Below, piece after piece: positions 20,754-28,216 of a stretch of 64,000 nucleotides of DNA. The stretch comes from Fidelibacterota bacterium (GTDB lineage Bacteria > Fidelibacterota > Marinisomatia > Marinisomatales > TCS55), in NCBI GenBank assembly GCA_046861385.1, contig JBHHTW010000005.1:47755-111754 (forward strand), given 5' to 3'. The notes beneath the pieces were generated by a model. The model searched no databases, had not been told where the DNA came from, and saw only the letters and a program-made list of their open reading frames with translations. Numbering within the stretch: the first letter of the stretch is position 1; every line of letters starts with the position of its first letter. The position numbers and the translations under genes are program-made.

Positions 20754-22082
20754 ATGCTTAAAACCTATTTCATAGAGACCTATGGGTGTCAGATGAATGT
20801 TTCTGATTCTGAGTTGGTTGAGGGTTTATTGCAAAAAGAAGGCTTTATTCAATCAGAAAAACTGAATGATGCTGATGCCATTTTTGTCAATACGTGTGCG
20901 ATAAGAGATCATGCAGAAGAAAAAGTTCATTCACAGCTTGGTCGGTATCACCGAATAAAAAAACAAAAACCGGAAACAATCATAGGGGTGTTAGGATGCA
21001 TGGCTCAGCATTTAAAAAATGATATTCTTGAAAATAAACCATATGTCGATATCGTTCTTGGTCCTGACTCCTATAGAAAATTACCCGGAATCCTTAAGAA
21101 TAGGATTAATACAAAAAATAATATCGTGGATACAAAATTATCTAAGTATGAAGTATATGATGGTTTATTCCCCAGCCGGAATGAAGGGATCAATGCTTGG
21201 ATTTCCATTATGCGGGGATGTGATAAATTTTGCACATTTTGTATCGTACCGTTTACCCGGGGTCGTGAACGGAGCAGAAGCGTTGAAAGTATTGTCAGTG
21301 AGGTAAAACAAGCAATTGACGAAGGGTTTGTTGAAATAACACTCCTGGGCCAAAACGTTAATTCCTATATTTCTGAGAATATTAGATTCCCACAACTGCT
21401 TGAATGTATTGCATCAATCGATGGTGTAAAAAGAATCCGATATACCTCACCCCATCCTCAAGATATTACTGAAGAATTGTTGAATGTTATGGCCGCTCAT
21501 GAGAATATTTGTCATTATGTTCATTTACCTCTACAGGCTGGGAATAATCGAATTCTCAAACGAATGAACCGAACTTATTCAAAAGAGCATTTTATTGATC
21601 TCACTCAATTAATACGGAAAAAACTACCCAATACAGGAATCAGTACAGATATAATCGTTGGTTTCCCCGGAGAAACCAACGTAGAATTTGAAGAAACACT
21701 CGAAGTGATGGAAAAAGTAAAATTCGATTCAGCATTTACATTTAAATATTCTCCACGACCGGGAACCAAAGCAGCTGAATACAGTGATTTCTTACCAGAA
21801 GATATAAAACAAACGAGATTAGAAAAAGTAATTGAATTACAAAAAAAACATACACTTCTACGCAATTTAGATTTCGTGAGAAATGTGGAGACTGTTTTAG
21901 TTGAAAAAGAAAGTAAACTGTCTTCAAAGGAATGGGCAGGACGTACTGATTCTAATAAATGGGTTATTTTTCAAAAAGGCGATGCAAAAATAAAAGACTT
22001 CGTTCCGGTATTGATTACAGCAGCAAAAGGCATTAGTTTACATGGAGAATTAATTCACAATGACAAAGATATAAATACATGA
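20754..22082 (+). CDS. miaB: tRNA-2-methylthio-N6-dimethylallyladenosine synthase
   Basis: TYGCQMN, NTCAIR, GCMAQ, radical SAM CDKFCTFC, C-terminal TRAM domain. Confidence 0.96.
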   Translation: MLKTYFIETYGCQMNVSDSELVEGLLQKEGFIQSEKLNDADAIFVNTCAIRDHAEEKVHSQLGRYHRIKKQKPETIIGVLGCMAQHLKNDILENKPYVDIVLGPDSYRKLPGILKNRINTKNNIVDTKLSKYEVYDGLFPSRNEGINAWISIMRGCDKFCTFCIVPFTRGRERSRSVESIVSEVKQAIDEGFVEITLLGQNVNSYISENIRFPQLLECIASIDGVKRIRYTSPHPQDITEELLNVMAAHENICHYVHLPLQAGNNRILKRMNRTYSKEHFIDLTQLIRKKLPNTGISTDIIVGFPGETNVEFEETLEVMEKVKFDSAFTFKYSPRPGTKAAEYSDFLPEDIKQTRLEKVIELQKKHTLLRNLDFVRNVETVLVEKESKLSSKEWAGRTDSNKWVIFQKGDAKIKDFVPVLITAAKGISLHGELIHNDKDINT

Positions 22083-22396
22083 AGCTATTAAAAATATTCA
22101 TTGCATTTGCTTTATTGATATTGGTGCTCCTATTTTTATTGCAAAATACTGAAGTTGTCAATATTGATTTAATATTTTCAAAATTTGAAAATGTTAAAGT
22201 AGCATTTATTATGGTCGGAGCCTTGTCAATCGGATTTTTAATCGGTTATGGAGTAGCTGTGGCGAGCATCTTGACAAATAAAGCAGATATTCGCTCACTG
22301 AGAACTAAAAATCGCAAATTATCCGATGAATTGAACGATTTGCGAAATGTGGCTATTGATGAAGGGATCTACGATTTAGATGACGGAGAAGATTAG
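22079..22396 (+). CDS. LapA-family membrane protein
   Basis: Two TMs with F.LQN motif and C-terminal coiled coil; precedes a TPR gene. Confidence 0.75.
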   Translation: MKLLKIFIAFALLILVLLFLLQNTEVVNIDLIFSKFENVKVAFIMVGALSIGFLIGYGVAVASILTNKADIRSLRTKNRKLSDELNDLRNVAIDEGIYDLDDGED

Positions 22397-22398
22397 AT

Positions 22399-23451
22399 TT
22401 GAATACATTTCTCCTTATTTTTATTATCGCCTTGGCAGTTGCAGGGACTGCAGCTGCTATTTTTTACCGCCCCAAAAAACCACGTAAATTTGAATCAATT
22501 TATACAGATGCGCTGAATGCCATTGTCCATGGTGATACAAAAACGGCACTGAAGCTTCTCAGTGAAGTCGTAAAGAAAGATACCAATCACATCAACGCTT
22601 ACCTCCAAATGGGGGAGATTCTTCGTGCGGAAGGGAACCCCCATCAAGCGGTAAAAATCCATCAATCACTCACGGTGCGTCCTAACTTGGATGACCAGCT
22701 TCAGATAGATATCCATCGATCTCTGGCTTTGGATTATCAACAAGTGAATCATTTTACGAAATCGAAAAATGAAGCAAAGATTATTCTTAAAATTGATAAG
22801 AAAAATATTTGGGCGTTAGAATTTTTATTGAATCTCGCAGAAGAGGAACATGATTGGGTCGAGGCAGCATCCCTGGCAAAAGAAATTCAAAGAATTACGC
22901 AGAAAAAAGATCCAACCAGTCTGGCAAAATTCCAGATGTTCGAAGGGCTGGATCAATTGGAAAAAAAAGAACGGGATCGTGCGAAAAAGTGTTTTATTAA
23001 GGCAATTGAAATTGATAATAATTATGGGCGGGCTCACGAATGTTTGGGAGATTTTTATTCTGAGGATCGCGATTTAATCAAAGCACTGGATCATTGGGAG
23101 AAATTTGCCCATTTAGACCTTGAAAATGCTTCTAATGTATTTTCCAAAATGGAAACAGCGTTATATGATTTAGGCAGGTATGGTGAAGTTGAAAAATTTT
23201 ATAAAAGATTATTAGCTGAGGATCCAGGTCATTTGGACGCTCTTGCAAGGATGGCAAATGTACTTGAAGAAAAGGGGGAAAGACAGCAAGCCTTGGATTT
23301 ATTGGAAACAGCGCTGAAGCAATTTGAGAATTCTGTACACACACGGCTCATGAAATTAAAATTAAGTTTGACCGATTCTCCCCCTCATGAATTATCGAGA
23401 CAGATTGATAAAATTATTGATATTATAACGGAACATAAAAACGGATCATAA
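22399..23451 (+). CDS. LapB-like membrane-anchored TPR protein (no C-terminal rubredoxin cysteines seen)
   Basis: N-terminal TM, G.ILR..G...AVKIHQSL motif, TPR repeats. Confidence 0.75.
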   Translation: MNTFLLIFIIALAVAGTAAAIFYRPKKPRKFESIYTDALNAIVHGDTKTALKLLSEVVKKDTNHINAYLQMGEILRAEGNPHQAVKIHQSLTVRPNLDDQLQIDIHRSLALDYQQVNHFTKSKNEAKIILKIDKKNIWALEFLLNLAEEEHDWVEAASLAKEIQRITQKKDPTSLAKFQMFEGLDQLEKKERDRAKKCFIKAIEIDNNYGRAHECLGDFYSEDRDLIKALDHWEKFAHLDLENASNVFSKMETALYDLGRYGEVEKFYKRLLAEDPGHLDALARMANVLEEKGERQQALDLLETALKQFENSVHTRLMKLKLSLTDSPPHELSRQIDKIIDIITEHKNGS

Positions 23452-23456
23452 TTTGT

Positions 23457-24248
23457 ATGAAACTCTTTTGGTTTTTTTTTCTTTTTAGTTCTTTCACCAT
23501 TGGGCAATCATTTGAGCCTTATTTTCAATTATTGGAAGATGGGAATATTAAAGCCGTTAAAGATCAACTCCCTGAATTAAAGTCAAAATATCCATACAAT
23601 CCTACTCTGACTTATTTGCAGTTATTGATGAGTGACGATGGAGATTCAACAGTGGATCGTTTTAAATATTTTCTCAAACAGTATCCGGACAGTGAATATG
23701 CAGACGGCGCTGAAATGAAAATTGGTGAATACCTCTATTCTCGTGGATTGTATGAACAATCCGGTCGACAGTTTAAAAAAATACCATTAATGTATCCAAA
23801 AAGCGAGCATATCCAGCGGGCAGTTGATCTGATGGTATTAAGTTTTAATGCCACAGGAGAATCAGACAGTGTACAATATTATCTCGCTAAGTATAAATGG
23901 AAATTTCCCCAATTAGAGGTGAAACAATACAATGTTAATTTGGAAAAAGCGGAATTAAAACAGGATAATCAATTCGATAAAAAAACGAAAACAGACGTAA
24001 TAAATCCAGGCTCTCATCCTTGGGTAGTTCAATTAGGTGCTTTTGGAAAGTATTCTAATGCCAAAAGATTAAAGAACATCGTATCAGGGCTGGAATACCC
24101 CATTGAAATAGTTGAGGTGATGTCCAATGGGAAAAGATTACACGCAGTCAGGGTCGTTCGGTTTAAAACCAGGGAGGAAGCAGAACGTATCGGACGAGAA
24201 GTCAAAACGAAATACGGTGTAAATTTCAGGGTTCTTAAACGATCTTAA
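23457..24248 (+). CDS. SPOR domain-containing periplasmic protein
   Basis: Signal peptide, TPR-like YPDSEYA segment, C-terminal WVVQLGAFGKYSNA SPOR motif. Confidence 0.85.
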   Translation: MKLFWFFFLFSSFTIGQSFEPYFQLLEDGNIKAVKDQLPELKSKYPYNPTLTYLQLLMSDDGDSTVDRFKYFLKQYPDSEYADGAEMKIGEYLYSRGLYEQSGRQFKKIPLMYPKSEHIQRAVDLMVLSFNATGESDSVQYYLAKYKWKFPQLEVKQYNVNLEKAELKQDNQFDKKTKTDVINPGSHPWVVQLGAFGKYSNAKRLKNIVSGLEYPIEIVEVMSNGKRLHAVRVVRFKTREEAERIGREVKTKYGVNFRVLKRS

Positions 24249-24254
24249 CACATT

Positions 24255-24347
24255 GGGAATGATTACGAGGCTGGTGTCCGTCGCGGTCTTCAAAACCGTT
24301 GTCCCCGCCATAAACGGGGAGCTGGGTTCGATTCCCAGGCGTTCCCG
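24255..24347 (+). tRNA. selC: tRNA-Sec (anticodon TCA)
   Basis: GGGAATG/CGTTCCC acceptor; long D stem with TGGT loop; GCGGT-CTTCAAA-ACCGT anticodon arm; long variable arm TCCCCG/CGGGGA; CTGGG-TTCGATT-CCCAG; G discriminator; CCA not encoded. Confidence 0.93.
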
Positions 24348-24360
24348 CAAAACAGGGTTC

Positions 24361-24381
24361 CCTGCCTGCCGGCAGGGATTC
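24361..24381 (-). repeat. short GC-rich palindromic element (AATCCCTGCCGGCAGGCAGG), same family as the miaA inserts
   Basis: Reverse complement matches the CAAT-CCYGCC-n-GGCRGG-CAGG units at 59933-59977. Confidence 0.7.
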
Positions 24382-24523
24382 TCACGCATTCCGCTAGTAT
24401 TAATAAGTCTGTAAGTGCAGGTATACACAGGCATAGCGTTTTATAATAATCATTATTGATCTAACCTGTAATTTTCAGTAAAATCGCCAAATGGTCTCAA
24501 TTAGTCTGTTTTGATCTGTAATG

Positions 24524-24542
24524 TGGCACCAATATGGCACCA
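24524..24542 (+). repeat. TGGCACCA direct repeat pair (possible integrase arm-type sites)
   Basis: Two copies with 11-bp periodicity about 180 bp downstream of the tRNA 3' end. Confidence 0.4.
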
Positions 24543-24589
24543 CTTTTAGGGTGATTTATAATGAATAAATTTTGTTTTAATTCATACTT

Positions 24590-24606
24590 GTTCCCAAAAT
24601 GGGAAC
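24590..24606 (+). promoter_or_regulatory. palindromic operator in higBA promoter
   Basis: GTTCCCA-AAA-TGGGAAC perfect 7-bp inverted repeat ending 27 bp before the higB ATG; type II antitoxins typically autorepress. Confidence 0.65.
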
Positions 24607-24632
24607 TTGTGTAAATTATCGTTATAAAAATC

Positions 24633-24926
24633 ATGAGAATTATCGCAATTAGACCCTTAAGAAAATTTTGGAAAGAATATCATGACGCTGAGGTTCCCCT
24701 TAGAGCTTGGTATACAGAAGCAAAAGTCGCAAAATGGAGGAAACCGAATGATATTAAAGAGAAATATAGGTCAGTTAGCATCATTGCTAATAATAGGGCT
24801 GTATTTAACATTTCGGGGAATAAATACCGGTTAGTTGTTGCGATAAAATATGATTTCCAAATTGTATACATAAGGTTCATTGGGACTCATAAGCAATATG
24901 ATACAATAAATGCGAAGGAGATTTAA
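24633..24926 (+). CDS. higB: type II toxin, HigB family
   Basis: MRII...L..FW, W....DIK, RAVFNISGNKYRLVV.I.Y, YIRFIGTH.QYD. Confidence 0.92.
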   Translation: MRIIAIRPLRKFWKEYHDAEVPLRAWYTEAKVAKWRKPNDIKEKYRSVSIIANNRAVFNISGNKYRLVVAIKYDFQIVYIRFIGTHKQYDTINAKEI

Positions 24927-24929
24927 TAA

Positions 24930-25280
24930 ATGGTTATTAGACCCATTAGAAATGAAAAAGATTATAAAGCAACATTGCAGCAAATCGAGAAACTTTGGAA
25001 CTCGAGAATGGGATCACCTGAAGGAGATATTCTTGAAGTGCTAACAATATTGGTTGCTGATTATGAAAAAGAGCATTATGACATTTTTCCTCCAGGACCT
25101 ATAGGCGCTATCATGTTCCGTATGGAACAACTTGGTATGAAGCAAAAGGATTTGGGGGAATTGGTAGGTGGTTCGAATAGAGCCTCAGAATTGCTTCATG
25201 GTAAAAGAAAATTAACTGTGAAAATGATAAAAGTCATACATGAAGAATTAAACATACCTGCTGAGTCATTATTAGGATAA
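24930..25280 (+). CDS. higA: type II antitoxin, HigA family (HTH)
   Basis: IRPIRNE.DY, L..LV.DYE, FRMEQLGMKQKDL...SE.L.GKRKLT..MI; toxin-first order. Confidence 0.9.
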   Translation: MVIRPIRNEKDYKATLQQIEKLWNSRMGSPEGDILEVLTILVADYEKEHYDIFPPGPIGAIMFRMEQLGMKQKDLGELVGGSNRASELLHGKRKLTVKMIKVIHEELNIPAESLLG

Positions 25281-25452
25281 GAGTGCTAATGGGTGCAATA
25301 CCAAATTTTTGGTGATCTCTGTCATATAAGTTATTTGGCTTAATATAACAATATTGCAGTAAGCTATATACAAAAAGTATTCTTTAGTTATGTATTGTTC
25401 AATTTGTAATTAACTTTGAAGGTAGTGCAATGAGCAATAAATGGGAGTCAAT

Positions 25453-25812
25453 ATGAAAAATCCACCACTCTATCACTACCACGCTAAGGTAGTATCCGTT
25501 TATGATGGGGATACATGTACAGTCGATATTGATTTAGGGCTCAATGTTTGGGCTCGGGGAGAAAAAATTCGCCTGGCGCGCATAAATACTCCTGAACTTC
25601 GTAAAAAAGAAAGGCCAAAGGGATTAATATCGAGAGATTATCTCCGGAAGCGGATTTTGAATCAATCCATTGTTTTGGAGACGATAAAAGATAAAAAAGG
25701 GAAATATGGGCGCTATTTGGGTGAAATATGGGTTCAAACAAATAATAAAAATTATACAAATATCAATGATGAGTTAGTGATGGCAGGAATGGCAGAATAT
25801 AAATCCTATTAA
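25453..25812 (+). CDS. thermonuclease (SNase) family protein, no signal peptide
   Basis: VVSVYDGDT, IRLARINTPE, KGKYGRYLG, INDELV..G.A; GGGAG SD before ATG 25453. Confidence 0.88.
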   Translation: MKNPPLYHYHAKVVSVYDGDTCTVDIDLGLNVWARGEKIRLARINTPELRKKERPKGLISRDYLRKRILNQSIVLETIKDKKGKYGRYLGEIWVQTNNKNYTNINDELVMAGMAEYKSY

Positions 25813-26055
25813 TGATTTCTTCTTCAGATTATAATAAAAAAAGTCTATAAAATACCTGGTGTAAAACGGAACCCAAAATGAATAGAATAATATCTAATGA
25901 AATGGACTTCTGCCAAAATTATTTTTATAAATTAATAAAATATTTCTATTATAGGATAATATTATCTTATATTCCACATAGTGATTCTACTATAAATATT
26001 AACAAAAGTAGAATTAGGAAAAAATTAGTATAATAACAAACGAGAGGAATACAAA

Positions 26056-27039
26056 ATGAATACCAAAAAAAGCTCGATATTACTATTGTTGATTATTGGG
26101 TTAATGATCACATCCTGTGAGGATGATAAAAATAAAGCTCCAATTACCGACCTAACTGTTGCGACGGTTTCCAGCGCACCAACACTTGATGGCGTTGGCA
26201 GTGATGCCGCTTGGGATCAGGCCGATGAATTGGTCGTTACAGTTGGGCTAGATGCATCTCATGCAAATGCTTTTGGTGAAATAGACGTAAGTTTAGCCGC
26301 GGTAACTGATGGCGACAATTTATACATTAAAGCCACATGGGCAGATGCTACAGAAAGCATTGATAAGAAACAATGGGAATATGAAAATGGTGCATGGTCA
26401 CAGTCAGGGAACGAAGACAGAATGTTTTTCTTCTTTGATATGGGTGAGAATGGCTCTGATAAAGCAGATTGTGCAACCATGTGTCATGTAGCAGAAGGTA
26501 AAATGTGGACATCTACTGGCATTGTTGATCAGTGGCATTGGAAAGCCCATCGTACCGCGCCCATTCACCATGCTGATGATAAACATATTAATAACGATTA
26601 TCAAGAATCAGATGGCACTCTCTACCATGACGGTGGACAACATGGCGATTCAAAAACAACAGGTTTGTACAATGATAACAAGGACGCAAATGGTCTTCCA
26701 ATTTACTCTGGTCCAATTACAGACGGACATTATCTCATTTTGCCCGAGGGACAAACTGCAGATTCATATTTCACACCTTTTGATAGCAGCACCACATCCA
26801 CCAGCTCTCTGATTCCGGGCTACTGGTTAAATGAAAATGCAGACGGCAGCAGGGCAGATGTGACTGCTTATTCTCAATATAGTAACGGTACTTGGACGGT
26901 TGAATTCAGCCGTGCTTTGAATACCGGGAATAGTGATGATGTTGTATTTGGTAGTGGCGATATTCAAGTAGTAATTGCAATTACGGACAACTCAGGTGGT
27001 GATCATAGTGGATCAGCTCCTTTCCTAATTAAATTCTAA
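26056..27039 (+). CDS. lipoprotein with ethylbenzene-dehydrogenase-gamma-like (EB_dh/DOMON-type) heme domain and CX3CH motif
   Basis: Lipobox ITSC; APTLDG...W, LYIKATWAD, EDR, CATMCH, DQWHWKA.R, GTWTVEFSR.L.TG. Confidence 0.8.
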   Translation: MNTKKSSILLLLIIGLMITSCEDDKNKAPITDLTVATVSSAPTLDGVGSDAAWDQADELVVTVGLDASHANAFGEIDVSLAAVTDGDNLYIKATWADATESIDKKQWEYENGAWSQSGNEDRMFFFFDMGENGSDKADCATMCHVAEGKMWTSTGIVDQWHWKAHRTAPIHHADDKHINNDYQESDGTLYHDGGQHGDSKTTGLYNDNKDANGLPIYSGPITDGHYLILPEGQTADSYFTPFDSSTTSTSSLIPGYWLNENADGSRADVTAYSQYSNGTWTVEFSRALNTGNSDDVVFGSGDIQVVIAITDNSGGDHSGSAPFLIKF

Positions 27040-27055
27040 ACAAGAATAATAAAAA

Positions 27056-27085
27056 TAGGGGTGATTTATTCACCCCTGTTTTTTT
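27056..27085 (+). terminator. intrinsic terminator
   Basis: TAGGGGTGA-TTTAT-TCACCCCTG followed by T7, preceded by an A-tract. Confidence 0.85.
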
Positions 27086-27129
27086 ATATTATATCCAATT
27101 CTATAATTAATAAAGTAAAGGAGAACTCA

Positions 27130-27705
27130 GTGAAAAATATATTGATAATGAGTATATGGGTAATGACAGCCTTGCTTTTTGGTGATGATAAAGCCGATAA
27201 GACAAATATATATGCCGGTGTGAAACGCTGTAAAGTATGTCATGAAACAGAAGATATGGGGAATCAATATACCGTTTGGGAGCACTCCAAGCATGCCAAA
27301 GCATATGAAACTTTATTAACAGACGAATCTGCAGAAATTGCTAAATCATGGGGACTCAGTCTCCCTGCGAATGAAGCACCGGAATGTTTAAAATGCCACG
27401 TAAGCGGGTATAATAATGAAAAAGCAGAATTCGGGAAAAAATTTAACAAAGAAGATGGCGTCCAATGTGAAAGCTGTCACGGACCGGGTGAAGCATATCG
27501 AAAAGAGGAAATCATGTGTGACCGTGAATTATCCCTCGCAAATGGACTGATTTTACCCAAACCGGAGGATTGTTTAACTTGCCATAATGAAGAAAGTCCC
27601 AAGTATAAAACATTTACTTATGAAGCCTATTATGCAAAAATGATTCATAAGAAAAACCCTGACTATAACTGTCCTTCAGATGAAGAAGAAGATGAAGATT
27701 GGTAG
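27130..27705 (+). CDS. periplasmic tetraheme cytochrome c (c554-like)
   Basis: GTG 27130 after AAGGAG; signal peptide; CKVCH, CLKCH, CESCH(GPG), CLTCH. Confidence 0.88.
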   Translation: MKNILIMSIWVMTALLFGDDKADKTNIYAGVKRCKVCHETEDMGNQYTVWEHSKHAKAYETLLTDESAEIAKSWGLSLPANEAPECLKCHVSGYNNEKAEFGKKFNKEDGVQCESCHGPGEAYRKEEIMCDRELSLANGLILPKPEDCLTCHNEESPKYKTFTYEAYYAKMIHKKNPDYNCPSDEEEDEDW

Positions 27706-27706
27706 T

Positions 27707-28216
27707 ATGATGGTGAGAGGTTCTATAAATATAATTAATCATATATTCATTTTATCCATAATGGGATTAATGATCGCCGGCTGCTCCAAAAAACCCATTA
27801 AGCAACCCATAGCCTACAACCACTCAATCCACGTTAATGATGCTGGATTGGATTGTACCGATTGCCATTCTGGAGCGGTAAATAAAATTCGAGCCACGTT
27901 GCCTTCTATTAAAAAGTGCAAATCGTGCCATTCAGAAATGCAGGGAGAAAGCATCGCAGAAACACTGGTAGTTAAAGCGGTTAACAATAAAGAAGAAATC
28001 CCTTGGCAACGAATATATCAACTCAAAGACCACGTATTCTTCTCACACCGCCGACATGTAACAGCAGGAAATCTATCCTGTGAATTATGTCATGGAAATG
28101 TAGAAGAAATGGTGGTGCCACCTAAACAGCCATTGATTCCAATATCCATGGATAATTGCATTAAATGCCATGATAGTAAATCAATATCAACCGATTGTCT
28201 GAATTGTCATGTCTGA
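27707..28216 (+). CDS. pentaheme cytochrome c, QrcA/ActA-like (lipobox)
   Basis: IAGC lipobox; QPIAYNHSIH, CTDCH, CKSCH, IPW.RIY.L.DHVFFSH..H, CELCH, CIKCH, CLNCH. Confidence 0.88.
   Translation: MMVRGSINIINHIFILSIMGLMIAGCSKKPIKQPIAYNHSIHVNDAGLDCTDCHSGAVNKIRATLPSIKKCKSCHSEMQGESIAETLVVKAVNNKEEIPWQRIYQLKDHVFFSHRRHVTAGNLSCELCHGNVEEMVVPPKQPLIPISMDNCIKCHDSKSISTDCLNCHV

Noticed and set aside
24138-24434. 98-aa minus-strand ORF
   Set aside because: Antisense to tRNA-Sec and the SPOR gene end.
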